Assembly: GCF_902459465.1 (NCBI RefSeq)
Contig: NC_047077.1
Location: 13,764,001-13,828,000, forward strand
DNA: 64,000 nucleotides
Direction of reading: 5' to 3'
DNA from: Asterias rubens
Taxonomy: Eukaryota
The notes below the pieces were generated by a model. It was not told the DNA's origin, ran no database searches, and saw nothing but the letters and a program-made list of their open reading frames with translations. The translations under genes and the position numbers were made by a program. This document shows positions 26,201-39,900 of this stretch, in pieces. Position 1 is the first letter of the stretch. Each line of letters starts with the position of its first letter.

Positions 26201-28849
26201 AACAACATTTACGACTTAGAGCTTGTCGATTCACGACTTGGAGATATTGCCGTCACTTTACGGTTTAGGGGCACAATTCTTGAATATTTACGTGAATATG
26301 TCGATCTCGATGCGAAAAAAAGCTTTTGAAATTTCCTAAACTCTTATTATTTATTGTGTGAGGGTCTAAACGATATTTTGAAACCCTTTAAACACTACAT
26401 TATTTTTGTTTCATGTTCGAAATTTCAAGCAAATGAAATGTTCACGACAAGGTTTTTGATAGGTTTTTTTTCATTCGCCATTTTGTGTTTTCTAACCACA
26501 GCACTTTCAATGGTTTCTGGACCAATTTGAATGCCACATGTAACGTGGACTGTATCTGCCCTAAGACATTTAAACCCGTGTGTGGATCCAATGGCCAGAC
26601 ATATCTCTCGCCGTGTCTTGCCGGGTGCCACGTGGAACAGCCGTGGGATAAGATCGACTCGCAAGGATTGAAACTCACGGTAAAGTAGTGACAGTAAAGT
26701 TTAGTTTGACAATGGACATTGGACATTCACATGGGTCTGTAAAGCGAATACATAATGTCCAATATTGATGTCCAATGTTGATGTGCAATATCCCAGTCGA
26801 TGTATAACTTAGAAATTCACTGTACAAACCTAAGGGGAAAACCCAATGTCGAAAAAGCAACATCGATATTCACTGAACAAATCTATGTGAATATCCAATA
26901 TCGATGTGCAAGGTGGACACTCACTGTACAAAATGTGAATGTCCAACGTCCAATATAAAAGAAAACATTGATTTTTACTGAACAAACCATTTCCAATGCC
27001 TAATGATAAATATCAAACTAAGTATTACAATTCATTATACGGAAAGAAGTTGATATTAAAATTTGAAAACTTTGAAACGCAGTTGGACATTTTGAGGTTC
27101 CTTATGAAACGAAAGAGGAGTTTGTGACCAAGTTAGGGATAATGGTCCTATAATGATATAGTTTGTTGGTTGAAGAGTGTTAACGTTAACCAAGTGTTAC
27201 TAAAGATGACTATTATATGTAGATAACTGTTAAGAGAGTGAACGTTTACCCATTGCTTGAAGGAAGACTAAATCATTTATCGCTAGGTATGCCGTTTCAT
27301 TCTGTTTATTTGCATTCAAACAAAAATCGGCCATTTGCAAACTGTATTTTAAAACCTTACACCAACACGTACAGCGTTTCAGTTCAGTTTTATCTTTATT
27401 TTTAATATTATTCTCTTGTAGAATTTCAGCGAGTGTTCTTGTGTTCCGGGCCCAGACAGTAACAGTCCCGAGGAAAGCCTAGGCCAGGGCTATGCGTTGT
27501 CTGGGCCGTGCCCAAGTGCTTGCAGCAATACGTGGCTATTCTTCGCTGTTGTCTTTATCGTGTTCTTTATGACGGGATTTCAATTTGTACCCATGATTTT
27601 AATATCAATGAGGTGAGTTAAATGCACTGGACACCTTTGGTAATTGTCAAAGACCAGTGTCCTCACTTGGTGTATCCCAACATACGCATACATTTAAAAA
27701 GAAACGGTGAAAATGTGAGCTCAATTGGCCATCGAACTCGTAAGAGAATAGTGAAAAGAAAAATTACCTTGTTGCATGTGTGCTTTCAGATGCATTATAA
27801 AAGGCTTCAGCTGGGGTTTTCCTTTCACGTCTAAAACTTCAATGTCCTTATTGTATTTTTGTTTTACCAACAGTTTGTGTGTTGTTTCCATTAGGATGCT
27901 TTGCCGACTATAAAACTCAGATTTAGATGCAGGTTGGCCCAATCAATGTATATTCAGGTTGCAGTAATATCCACTGTATGCTATAGATACGAACAGTGGC
28001 AGATTCTGTTTAGTGGGGTTTACACACCCCTATTAGCCTAATTAAAGCTCGCCTGGTTATCGTAACCATGCACAATATAAAACTAAGTTTGTTTTCCTTA
28101 TCTAAAGGTGTGTTGTCCGAGCTGACAGAGTAGCTGCCCTCAGCTTCCACGTTTCTTTATGGCATTTACTTGGTAAGTATATAATGCTATTATTTATTTT
28201 GGTGTGGGCGTTTTGGTGACCCTGACTTAAAACCAGTTCAGTGTTTGGCGAAAACTGGTTGTTAATCAGAAACATTTTGTGACGTAGTACAACCCCTTGG
28301 ATGTTCTCCAAAATGTACAATCATTTGTCACAAAACGTAACAAAAGTATTCAAGTTCCAAACATATTGTCTAATAAAACAGTAGCAATTTAGTCCCCAAA
28401 CAATACGGGACGCTTTGCATTTCTTTTTTGTAAACAAATTAAATAGGCCAATGTGTAAATCTGTAAACATTTAAAACTTCAAATCTTGCAAGTTTATGCT
28501 TTGTAAAAATACCCTAATAATGTAAAAGTTGTTTACTTTTATTGCAGGTTATGTACCAGCGATAGCCTACTTCAGCGCCATCCTAAACCAATCATGTGTC
28601 CTCTGGAGTTCACCCGATGCCCAGTACTACCACGAGTGCGCCCTCTACGATTCGTTCAAACACCAAGTGTACTTCCTCTCGACAGTGTTGGTCCTCAAGG
28701 TTCTATCTGTGGTCCTCCACGCCGCAGCGTTTATATCTATCAGGAGAGACAGATGCGTGGCGGGTATGGACTGGGCGGACTATGACGCCATTGAAATGGA
28801 ATCTGCAGATAGTGTTAGATCACCAAGTAGGACTCCAGCCCATCTCTAG
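23209..28849 (+). CDS. SLCO: Divergent organic anion transporting polypeptide (SLCO/OATP family), 722 aa, 8 coding exons
   Basis: Exons 23209-23965, 24182-24472, 25165-25335, 25846-26059, 26502-26679, 27422-27612, 28108-28172 and 28548-28849; all GT-AG and phase-consistent (2169 nt). OATP hallmarks: [22 protein letters not shown], Kazal-like loop [33 protein letters not shown] exon of 65 nt, C-terminal SCVLW...CALYD. Confidence 0.9.
24832..25040. repeat. 119-bp tandem duplication in a SLCO intron
   Basis: AAGCTGATG.GGCCTTCTAATTAACAG...GAGTGATTAGTAAACGAGAAAT occurs twice. Confidence 0.85.
26713..26952. mobile_element. Foldback/MITE with 20-bp TIR and internal GTCCAAT-type repeats
   Basis: TGGACATTGGACATTCACAT / ATGTGAATGTCCAACGTCCA (19/20 match). 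Confidence 0.6.
27618..27815 (+). mobile_element. Kolobok/T2-type MITE, 5' partial, 5 nt downstream of a SLCO donor site
   Basis: TTAA-ATGCACTGGACACCTTTGGTAATTGTCAAAGACCAG begins right after AG|gtgag. Confidence 0.75.
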
Positions 28850-28909
28850 CCAATCCTTATAAGTGTTTCAAATGCTGCATGTCAAATAAGTCTCTCAGTA
28901 CTCTACTAA

Positions 28910-29152
28910 GGCTGAGTTCGGGCGGTGTGTTCCTGTCCCGAGGGCGCTCACTCACGCCCGAACGATGAGAACACGACCTGAGAACAACACACTTGGAACA
29001 AGATCACAGACCACCTTTCCGCAGGAGTCAGCTGAAAACAAGAAAACAACACTGTACAGAATGGCGCCTACACCATCATTGGGTGGAACAGCGATCCTTG
29101 TGTTCTGGAGCATCCAAGAACACACCGCCCGAACTCGATCAAAGGCATAGCC
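28910..29152. mobile_element. Harbinger-like MITE in the probable 3' UTR of the + strand SLCO
   Basis: Perfect 19-bp inverted repeat GAGTTCGGGCGGTGTGTTC (28914-28932 / 29118-29136); outer GGCT...AGCC flanked by TAA/TTA. Confidence 0.68.
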
Positions 29153-30206
29153 TTAACAACGCAAGAGAGTTGCCTTGAGCATAGGTCAATCCAAGTCCAC
29201 AGTCACCTTTGACTTTGTATTATTCATGTCACAGGGAAATTCGCAGTCAAATCCTACGTACATGTACACTGTATAGAACAATGCTGCACACAGACGACCT
29301 AAAGTGCAGCTGCCAAACGTCGCCCGGACCAATCACGACACAAAATGTAGAAAGCCGCGTAAAACCAATACCTGTCTTTGGGGACAAGTCTATCTTTGGT
29401 ACACCTCAATGTCAATCACCGTCCTGAATATTAATTCGTATACCACTTGTTAAAATCTGGTTATACCTTGATAAAGTATGTAAAAGAGGTTCAGGTAGCC
29501 TTTGAAAATTAGTGGGGGCGAGAGTTGGACTTTATCATTTTACACAATCTTGATCAGACATGTTCCCTGTGTGTGCAACAGCAACTGAAAATCCTGATTC
29601 TTATTATATATACCAACAAGGAGTCGGCCGGACCATTATTTTTACCCTCACAGCCTCGATTTGTTAATAATGAACATTTGTTTTTTCTGCATTGCTTGCT
29701 TTTCGTAAAAAAAAAAAATTATTCACCATTTTATTTGCAAATAACAGTCCAAAAGAGCGTTCTATTGACCCAAAACATAAATCACAAAGAGTTATAAGCT
29801 TTGGGGTTTTATACAATTGGTAAATTTATTTCATAATTATAACTGGTTAACAACAGTCTATCATAATATACAAATTTCACGAAATATACACTATTATAGA
29901 TTGTACCTTTTAGAAAATATATCTCAAAACTCTATTAATATAACACAAATCACCGTAATCTTAAATTAATACAAATTAAAGTGTAAAGTATATACATGTA
30001 TGTTATCGGGGGGCCCTTCACAATCATAACGTTTGAAATAATAAAATACACAACACATTGAAGTCATTATTTATAATTATGTTTGATATGCACACGCGTA
30101 GAGATGTTTCGTCATGGTTTTGTGTGCATGTCTTTAAATAATTATTGCGTCCCTTCGCGCATCTATTGTGTGACGTAATTGTGTTTTTAAAGCCACTTCA
30201 ACTTGA

Positions 30207-30337
30207 AGCCGTGTCATAGGCGGCTACAGCTACGTCTACATTTTTGCGTCATCATGCGTTGAAATATAGGACGTCCTTATCAACACCCTTAGCAACAGCC
30301 GTAGCCGTAGCTGTAGCCACCAATTAGGATACAGCCT
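30207..30337. mobile_element. Small Harbinger-like MITE
   Basis: GGCGGCTACAGCTACG ... CGTAGCTGTAGCCACC inverted subterminal repeats. Confidence 0.5.
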
Positions 30338-30894
30338 TGCACTGCCTGGCGCTAACGGAAACACCATAGGAATTGCATTGAGCTAGTTCTTGTGTGCAAA
30401 TTTAAATGAGAAAAGTAATATTTATACATTTTGTGATATGACATTTCTTGGCCATTCAAAACGATGACGCAATAAAAGGAATTTCTAAAATGTTTTATTT
30501 GGTAAAAACTATTAATTTTTACAAATTATTCCCAGTTAATTTCCATTTCTGTTTTGCTCATTTGCATTTTTATTTGCCTTTTTTTTAAACAGTACTTTGT
30601 GTTGTGATACCCGTGGTCATTGTTTTGTTTGGTGCTTGATACACCAGGGAAAATCGCTTAGCTGGCTGAAGAAATAAAATGGAACACGAAAGAGCCCAAT
30701 TTCAATTTCATGTTATGCTTACCAGAATAAGGTTACCATGCAGGCATAAAAAGTATCATGTCGCATGCACGTATGTCTATGACTGGTATTCTGCTAAAGT
30801 GTTAAGCAAAATAAAATTGACAGCTCTCTCTGAAATTCGACCCAAATGTAAACTCTGTGACTTGCCTATCAAAGGCAGGGTGTTAATTTAGCTT

Positions 30895-31195
30895 CGTGTG
30901 GTGTATCCCAACATGCATACAATAACAAACCTGTGAAAATTTCGGCCCAGTTGGTCATCGAAGTTTCAAGAAAATAAAGACAAAAATATCATTGTTGCAT
31001 AGACTCGTGTGCCCAGTCAAAATAATTTGAAGGGGAAAGTTATCTCTTTATCTAAAGCTAAAGCAACATCACGTGAAAGGATGTTGTCTATGAAACTGTT
31101 TTATAATAGCAACAGCTTTCCATTGCTCTTTATTGTTGTTAAAAGTTTTATGGTAATTAACTTTTGAAATTGATTACCAGTAAGGTCCTCCCTTT
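30895..31195 (+). mobile_element. Decayed Kolobok/T2-type MITE
   Basis: Internal motifs GGTGTATCCCAACATGCAT, AACAAACCTGTGAAAATTT and GGTCATCGAAGTT; TIRs eroded. Confidence 0.6.
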
Positions 31196-31296
31196 AGACT
31201 GATTGCATGGTACTGAACCTAGTATTAACACATTCCCTTATTCAATGATAAACAAGATACAAAACCTAAAATGAAAAAAAAAAGTATTGGCTGAAT

Positions 31297-34200
31297 CTAC
31301 ATTTCTGTATTTAGCGTCGACACCGTGCTGACTTCCTGCTTCTTGTTGTACGACGGCGTTTTCACTTGCACGTCGTCGACGCTTGGTGGCGGTCTATATG
31401 ACAACGCACACGCTACGTAGAATAAGATGGAGCCCAGTTTGAGTGACGCTAGTAGGATGAACACATTGATGCTCATGGATGTATTGTCGTACAACCAGCA
31501 CTGTCGGGAATCACCGCAGGAATTCTCCCATAGGACGCAGGATCTGTCGATGATGGAACCGAAGATGATCGGGCCTGGTACGGTCCCTAGTGAAAATAGT
31601 AGCAAGAGGAGAATTTCAAAATGGCGGTTTTACCAATTTTTTTTTTTTTTTTTTGCACAGCATTAAATAAAAGACAGTAAATCACAACATAACGTTAGGC
31701 CTATGTTTGTGAAATTATAGAGATGGAAATAATTATGGTTAAAATGTTGTTTCGTGAAATAAACACGAGATTTTCAAATTGTCGGTTTGACTTTAACATT
31801 TTTATTAACCAAGGGACATGTCTATGAGTCAACAGTCCTATATAGGATACTGCAAGTTTTTTTTAGGTTTCGGACGGTTTTTTTTACAGTATAAACCCAA
31901 GGGAAAAAAATCACCAACATAACTTCTACAAAATTATAGAGATGTAGGCCTAAGTAAAGTTAAAACGTTATTGTAAAAACGAGCAGTATTGGCGTCATGC
32001 ATAGACAAGCAACCATTATTTATAGCACAACTACTGTGTGTGGCCTTATTCAAGAGAACAGTTTCTTAATAAACAATGGAAATGTTTTGAGTCCAAAATT
32101 TCTAGAATATCATAAGTTAAGTTATTACACAGTATAATACCAGTATAATACCAAAGAAAGTAAATCAACAGCGAAACATATGAAAATAGAAGTGGGAATA
32201 AAGTTTAAAATGTGTGTTTATGAACAGTACAGAAGTGTAATTGTGTCAATATTATTTGGTTGCACATAGATGAGCAACTATTGTCAATATCAGAACAAGT
32301 GTGTGATGTCATTCAAAAGAAGATCAACTAGTCTTTATAAGAATCACACACTCGGTATTTAAAACACCTAGAACAAACATGGTCCCTATAGAGGGCGCCA
32401 TTAAACTCGTTTAAGTCCCCTACTCAACACATGTGATACTGCAATGGTATCCACTATCCATTAAGAAGCAAAGCTTGCAGAAAATTTTCACACTTTGTTC
32501 TTTGTTCTATTCAGAGTATCCTAAGGGAAACTGCCAAGTGGAACACTTTTTTTAAAAGGTACCCATCAGCAATTACAAATTATTAGTGAACAGAACAATT
32601 GTATAACACAATGGATATGAAATGATTTTGGTAGATGGCCTTAGCTTTCGATCCGAACCGGACCTTCTTCAGAGGCATGAAACAAGTACAAACAAATACA
32701 TTATGAGGCAAGGTTGATAATCAATACAATAATTAGAATAAAACACACGCCCGATTAACAAATCAGGAACACGAGATTATATAGACAACATTGCAGCTTG
32801 CTTTTGCAGTATTCATCAACAACAACAACAACAACAAAACAACAATGCAATACCTTCGACCATACACTAAAAAACAATATCCAGGTTATGAAACTGTGGT
32901 CATTAAATGAAACTGACTCCCCTCCACCACCAGCAGCAACTTTACGTTTTTTCCCGATTTGGACTTGGACAAATAGGGTGAAACAGATCTGGTGCTGTAT
33001 GAGTTGGTGTGGTAGCAACGTATTTATAACAGTTTATTTGGCAGTCAAAGTATAGGCATGGCAATATCTGATAAATATAATTGTCTTTTACCTGCGGCGC
33101 GGTACATCAGGGACTGAACACCAAGAGCGAGGGCACGTTGTGAATGCGAAACACACCTGCAAAATTAAGTTAGAGACAAAAAGTAGTCTAACTTTAAAAG
33201 GAATCATTTATTTTCAACGACGACTGTTTCGATATACACGAAGAGAGGGAGGGATCATTATCTACTGCATAATTAAAGCACGTCCAAACCCCATAATGGT
33301 CAATGCTGGAGAGGACTGACTCGCGGAGTATTCAAACTAACCTGAAACTATAATGTCAAACTTAGGTCAGAGTCAAAATCCCAAATTGTTAACTAATTTC
33401 GGGGTCATCCAGACCATAGAAATGGGGATTCCGGGTCAAAAGAACTCGCATTCTGTCATCTCCCTAGTGATCTGGATTACGGGACAACACTGAGCTATGC
33501 ACGTTATGAGTAACAATAATAAGAAGAGGTGAAGAACACTTAGTGCGCCGGTATCCACCACAAAAAAAGTGATGCTCATGGCGCAAAGAAGAAACAAAAC
33601 AAATTAATTAATGAAAAGCAGCTGTGAATAACAGTTTCAACATAGTTATACAGTCAAAAAGGAGTAAACAAATCAATAATAGGCCTTATAGCAGAGTAAA
33701 GACTAACCTTATTGTGGCTGTAATTGTTGGCACCACAGCAATGAATGTAAAAAGCGCCATGGAGAATACGAGACCGACGAATACCCACATGGTGGAGCAG
33801 TCATCCTCACACTTGCCTCCCACTGCAAAACTGGTGACGTCAGAACCAGGCGGCGAAATGCAGGCACAATCTGTATAATTCTGATGATTGCAAAAAAGTT
33901 TGTAAAATAGAGTTAAAAAACCTTTAGAGACCATTCATCTATGTATAATCATCACAAAATGCTGACACATCGTTACGGTTTTTTTTTTTTTTTTTTTGTA
34001 GAATCACTTTGTCTTCAGTAAAAATGTCAACAAAAACATAATGAAACAGAAATTGGGTGAAATACCTTTTCATAATTACTGACGAGGCCAAAGCCAGCGA
34101 TTTTGAAAATGGCTTACGTTGCTTTGACCGACAACTTTGTAAGATATAACGTCTGGGAGCCGCACACTAGCTGCAACTTTTGGGCACCCTCTGACTGACA

Positions 34201-36924
34201 ACAAATTAATTGTAGAAAAACAGATCTGACCATTGGTGTTCATTTCACTGGAACACGTCACTGCTCTTCAGCTTACCTGGTATCCCTCCGCGTTCTTGCC
34301 GGCATTTACGGCACACCCAGCGTGGCAAGATGAGTAATACATGACGTTATTCGAACCGCAAACCGGGTTGTATGAAGTGTCACAAACACAGCCATCGTTA
34401 CATTCAGCGGTAAGGTTGAATGCTCCTTCGTATGGTAATGATCTATGACAAGAATGGTAGAACTTTAAACGAGCACATTGCCTTAAATTTTCTTAAAATG
34501 TTGCTCTTTGGAATTGCTCCTTAATACCTTCTTCAGGAATTTGTCATACCCGTGTTGTAGGTAATTAATAAGTTGTGATTAAAAAAATAAAATAAGAGTC
34601 AGCAGAACCCGCACCAAAGAGCTGTGGTCGTTCCAAAACGACTCGTCGGTGCGGCACCATAATGTAGCCCGAGCAATAAATGTAGCCTGAGATTTGGACC
34701 AGTATGTTCGCTATCGTCTTCCTGCAAAATGGTTTGCTATTCTTTTTAAAATATTCTGCATGTATTAAAATAATCAAAAATTTCGTCAGATTTAGAAGGT
34801 AGTTACTCACGTATTTTGATATAACGTATTGACACCAGCGAATTTAAGACTAGAGCAGTTGAAGATAAAGCCAACCATGAGGAAGAGCGAGATACAGAGC
34901 GTGGCGCAACACAACCGGATCTGACCCAGGAACTTTAGCTGGTATTTCTTGACGATGTACCCGCCGATCAGAGCTCCTAGAAGACCCGATGGGATCGTGA
35001 TGGCGCCTGCAACGATGGACGGAAAATTAATTGTGCAATATGTAAGTAAATTTTCCCCAGAGATTTTCCAGTAAATGTTGACTAAGGATTGTAAAAACAC
35101 AAACTTTGGTCCCGTTCATTTGAACTTTTTTGTTTGTTTTATGAGCGAAACCTATTGCGAGTTTGGGCGTGTGGTCGCCAATCTGTTGTGGCGTTTTGCG
35201 CGGATGATGCAGAAATTTAACCTCGATCTCAGACTTGAAATCGAGTCTAGTGGCTTATAGCCAGTCAGTGACACCAGGGGCGGATTGCAATAAAACGATC
35301 TAAGTCAGCGGTCTAAGACCAGTCAGTTATAGCCGGCTATCTGCCTTAGACGGTCTTAGCTTAGTCAGTCATTAAGCCTGTTGCAATAAGCCGGTCTTAG
35401 ATAAGTCGCTGAAAAGTAATGAAATACGAACAAGTGTCCCATAATACTTAGCACTCTGCAGGCACTGGTGGTACGGCATTGTTGTTATTGCTTTGGTTTA
35501 AATCATCGGATATCAAATCTGAGAGTTGTATCATTTTTACTCTTGGGAACATATATTTATGATATAATTTATCATAATCATATGCCTCTAATGGGTGTAA
35601 TCTATCTCTAAATATCATCTCGTCGTTGAGCCATTTGCATCAAATCGTCTACAACTAACAAAAGCAGCGCCATCTTTAAAAACCAAAACAAAGACCGATT
35701 AAAGCCAGCTCTGAGCAGGCTTAAGATTTAAGACTGGCTATAATTATAGACCGCGCTATTGCAATCGGTCTATAATTAATCCGCCCCAGAACTTGACCTT
35801 AATAACGACACGCCAGTGATATTGCTGTGTGCATAGAGCAAGGCATGTGTGGATGCAAAACATGATTTTGATTAGCATGACAAGATAGTAGTTGTTGTTT
35901 TTAATTTTAAAAAATAATGAAACTCCAAGGTGTCAAATTTACCAGCTATTATCGCTGAGAAACCCGATGTCAGATTGAACTGTGACTCTAAAAACTTGGG
36001 TCCGAATGCAGCTATACTGGATAGAATCATCCACTCTGTGATGAGACCCAAGTTGATGAACATAAAGGGAAGATTCTTGAACAGTGTCCAGATGGCCATG
36101 GGAAAATCCTTCATACTACCAATCATTCCTGTGGGTGAGAAGAAAAACGTTGATTAAAGACCGGTCAAAGACATGCATTTTACGTGAATGGATGGCGATG
36201 TTTACACGAGGGCACCAATAAGTGATGGTTTTTAGATTTCCACTTCGTATGGTCCAGCAGATATTATGGCAGGCTCATAAGATGGGTTCAAGGGTCTCCA
36301 AATTTAAAGTGCTGCAAACAAAATATTCCATTTTTGTTTCATATTTCTTTCTTCAGCGGTCATGGCTGATCGGTTTTACATAAGTCGAGTTTAAAGAGTT
36401 TTTATATAGGCTATTTATTGTACACCAGTTTATGTTTCATCTATACCTGAATCACTCCGGGCTTCGAAGTCTGTCCCTTTCTGATTCTCAGCCACTTTTG
36501 CAGCAAGCACTTTCTTATGATCTGAAGCAAAAAAAATAACCATTAATGAGTAAATGACACACAATTAACAATATATTAAACCAAGAAAGATAAACAAAGG
36601 TTTATTCTTGGTCAAAATTGACGACTCCAGTTGATATTCTGTGGGGAATTGTGTCGTAGATTTGTGCTAATTACATTCAAATGGTAATCGTTATTACATT
36701 CAAATGATAAGCGTTAACGCGATCAACTCATCACATGTTATTTAAAGGTATTTTACACAAAAAATCGAGGGTTAAAAGAACATCGTTTAGTTCCATAATG
36801 GAACAGTTTTTATTTTAGTGAAATATCCCCACTGAAATGAATTCATATTCGAGAAAAAACACCACTAAACCCACCCCTTCCCAACCCCAACCCCAACCCC
36901 CCCCCCCCAAAAGAAAAACCCACC

Positions 36925-36997
<73 letters not shown>

Positions 36998-39900
36998 GCA
37001 GCAGCAGCAACACAACAAAACAAACGCGACAACAACAAACGCAAAGCTGATTTGGAATGTTACAACCATTAGGGCTGTGAATTTCACATCCTAAACATTA
37101 TGCATGGGTCATCACCCTCTCTTTATTTCCTGACTCGCACAAAAACGGATAACGCAACAACATTTTCACAAGTTTGTTGTTATTTCATGTATATACTTGA
37201 TCACATAAAACCTGAACACTTTCTGCAAACATTTTGTCAGCTCTAGCAATCTTGAAAAAATCAATTGAATGACATGTATACAAAAACACACTCGCCCAAC
37301 AAGCTCATTCATTCAACGATGTGGAAAGGTGTTAGAAAGGCCATTATTACATGGTTGTATTCACTCTGTTGAGCAATCATGTATGTATTAAATATGCACC
37401 AAGGTAGATCAATATCCATATTATATTTTAATACTGTATGCTTATCCCGTCGCCAAACGTGCCGGCAGATCGATTTTATTATTGAAATTTCTGGTCGTGT
37501 GTTTACAGTTTATCCATAATACTGGCCTTGCTCGTGAGGTTCGTGTTTAAGTAGTTCAAATCAACGCTTTGTCATTGAAGGCTCAGTTCTATTGCCCGGT
37601 GTTGACGCTCTATATTAATACCAAAAATATGCAGTTCGTGACAAAACGTACATTGGTGTGTATATTATTTGCTCATCAAATAGATGACCAAAAGAGATTT
37701 CTGTTATACACTAAAAGGAACATTACAGAATTGTTTTTTGCTAAGAAAACAGTTGCTGGCAGTGTAAGCACTTTGTGTAATCCACCATATACATAAACTG
37801 ACAAACCTGTAGAAGCTTGAGATCGATCGGCCATCTGTGTCACATGAGAATAGTGAAAAACCGATTACAAATTTTGCATTACATCGATGTCAAAATAAAA
37901 ATGAAGAAAACGAGCACTGAACGAAAAACTCCAAACGCGAAGTTAGATTATTTTTTTTCTCATCAAACATGACATTTCAGACAGAAATATTCCAAGGGAT
38001 GTTTTCAACTATCATCATCATTAGTTAGACCGTGGAAGTTTTATGTTAATCTGTGAGCTTCACGATTTTTGTTTCTTACCAATTCTGTAACATTCCTTTA
38101 AACTATGAGGTACCTCAACATGTTCAATTATCAATTGAATATCCATATTGAGGTTTCGTGTAGTGTTCGTTCTCTTGCAAAGCTATCATATAATATTATT
38201 TTGCTACGAGTATTTTAGTGCGTTGTAAGCAAGTTGGGCATGATGACGTTAGGTAATGTGGATGTTTCCAACTGCATTTGCATAGCCAGTGGCAGATGTG
38301 GTGGACACAATATTGTACTATTAGTAGATTATCCACCACATCCTAAAAGGGCTAATAATTGGTGGGGGAAAAACCTCTGTTCATTTATAAATAGTCCATT
38401 CCCGTGAAATATTTTAATTATATTATTTTTTTGTTTATGTCACCAGCTACGGGTATCGTAATAGAATGCATGTAGTTTGGTTATCCCCTCTTTAATCATG
38501 GCAATAACTACTGACTTGAAATGTAGTACTAGGCCTATAGGCCTACATCAGATTTCGAAAGCATTTTGAGAATCATTTCCTCTTTGAAGTAATATGGAAA
38601 ATAGAAAAAGTATATCAGCTTTTATAGCCGAGATCTGAGAAGCGTTACTGACAGTAACGGCTCTCAGATTATGTATTCTAATTACGGGTTATTCTTCCTT
38701 CATGGATATAATCGCTCCGAAATTTTAGCATATCTCAAAAACGCGACAGTGCCTTTTGAAATGATTTTTTTCACAGGTTAGTTTCATTGTATATTTCTAT
38801 ACAGGAATAATAATCAAACGGTTCAAGAACCACATGGATTGTATACTTTCTCTTTAGTAAGCCTCAAAAAGCCAGCGTTCTAAGATGTTTTTTTCACAGG
38901 TTTGTTTCATTGTATATTTTTATATTTATACAGGAATAAAACAATCAAGTGGTTTAAAAAACCACATGGGTTATGTACGTTCTGTTTGGTAAGCGTCTAA
39001 AAGCTGTTCAAAATAGAAACAGCAAAACTGTACAGTGATTAAAAAAAATGCACTGGTTGCACTCGGGTCAAACCTACAACAATGGATTATAAAATACGTT
39101 TGTATGTAAATACTTGTTTAAAAGGAAGGTACACGTTTGGTAATTACTCAAAAAAATATTAACTTAAAAACTGACTTGGTAAAGAGCATTGGAGAGCTGT
39201 CGATAGTATACAACATTGTGAGAAACGGCTCCCTCTGAAGTAGCATAGATTTTGAAATAGAGGTAATTTCTCACTAAAATAATAAAAGACTTCTAGCTAG
39301 AAGTCTTTTTTTCCTATGTGAAAGCACACAAATTCGTCCAATAGGGGTGTTTTTTCTTTCATCATTTTCTCCAAACTCAGATGACCAATTGAGCTCAAAT
39401 TTTTACAGGTTTGTTATTTTATGCATAATGTTGAGATACACCAAGAGAGGAGACTGGTCTTTGACAATTACTAATAGCGTACCTTCCCTTTAATGCTCTC
39501 TTCGACTTTACACTTCATAACTTACGCTCTAGCTATTCCCATTAAGGGAACGCTGAAGTGGATGTAACAAAGCAAATCGTGTTTTTGCGGCATTATAAAT
39601 GGAATCCAAGTGTGTTAAGGGTCAGTTTTGTGTACCTACACGTTGCATGCTGTGTGTTTTTGTACAGGTTTGTCATCTTAGGTCTTGCGTATTTGAGTAT
39701 TTGTGTCGGCATGCAGTGTTCACAGTTGAAACCAGTTTGGGGCTCAATGTGTGGAATGGTGCACTTCCCCCACTGTGTGTCTCCATTGTGTATACCTAGA
39801 ATCTTGGGAATTCCTTTGAGGAATTTAGGGAGAATACTTCTGTACACAAGGAAAACAGTCAGTGTTGACCTTTCTCTATGGTTAATTTATGAGAATATTT

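Noticed and set aside
36815-37094. Poly-Cys and poly-Gln ORFs
   Set aside because: Translation of a (CAA)n microsatellite in a SLCO4 intron.
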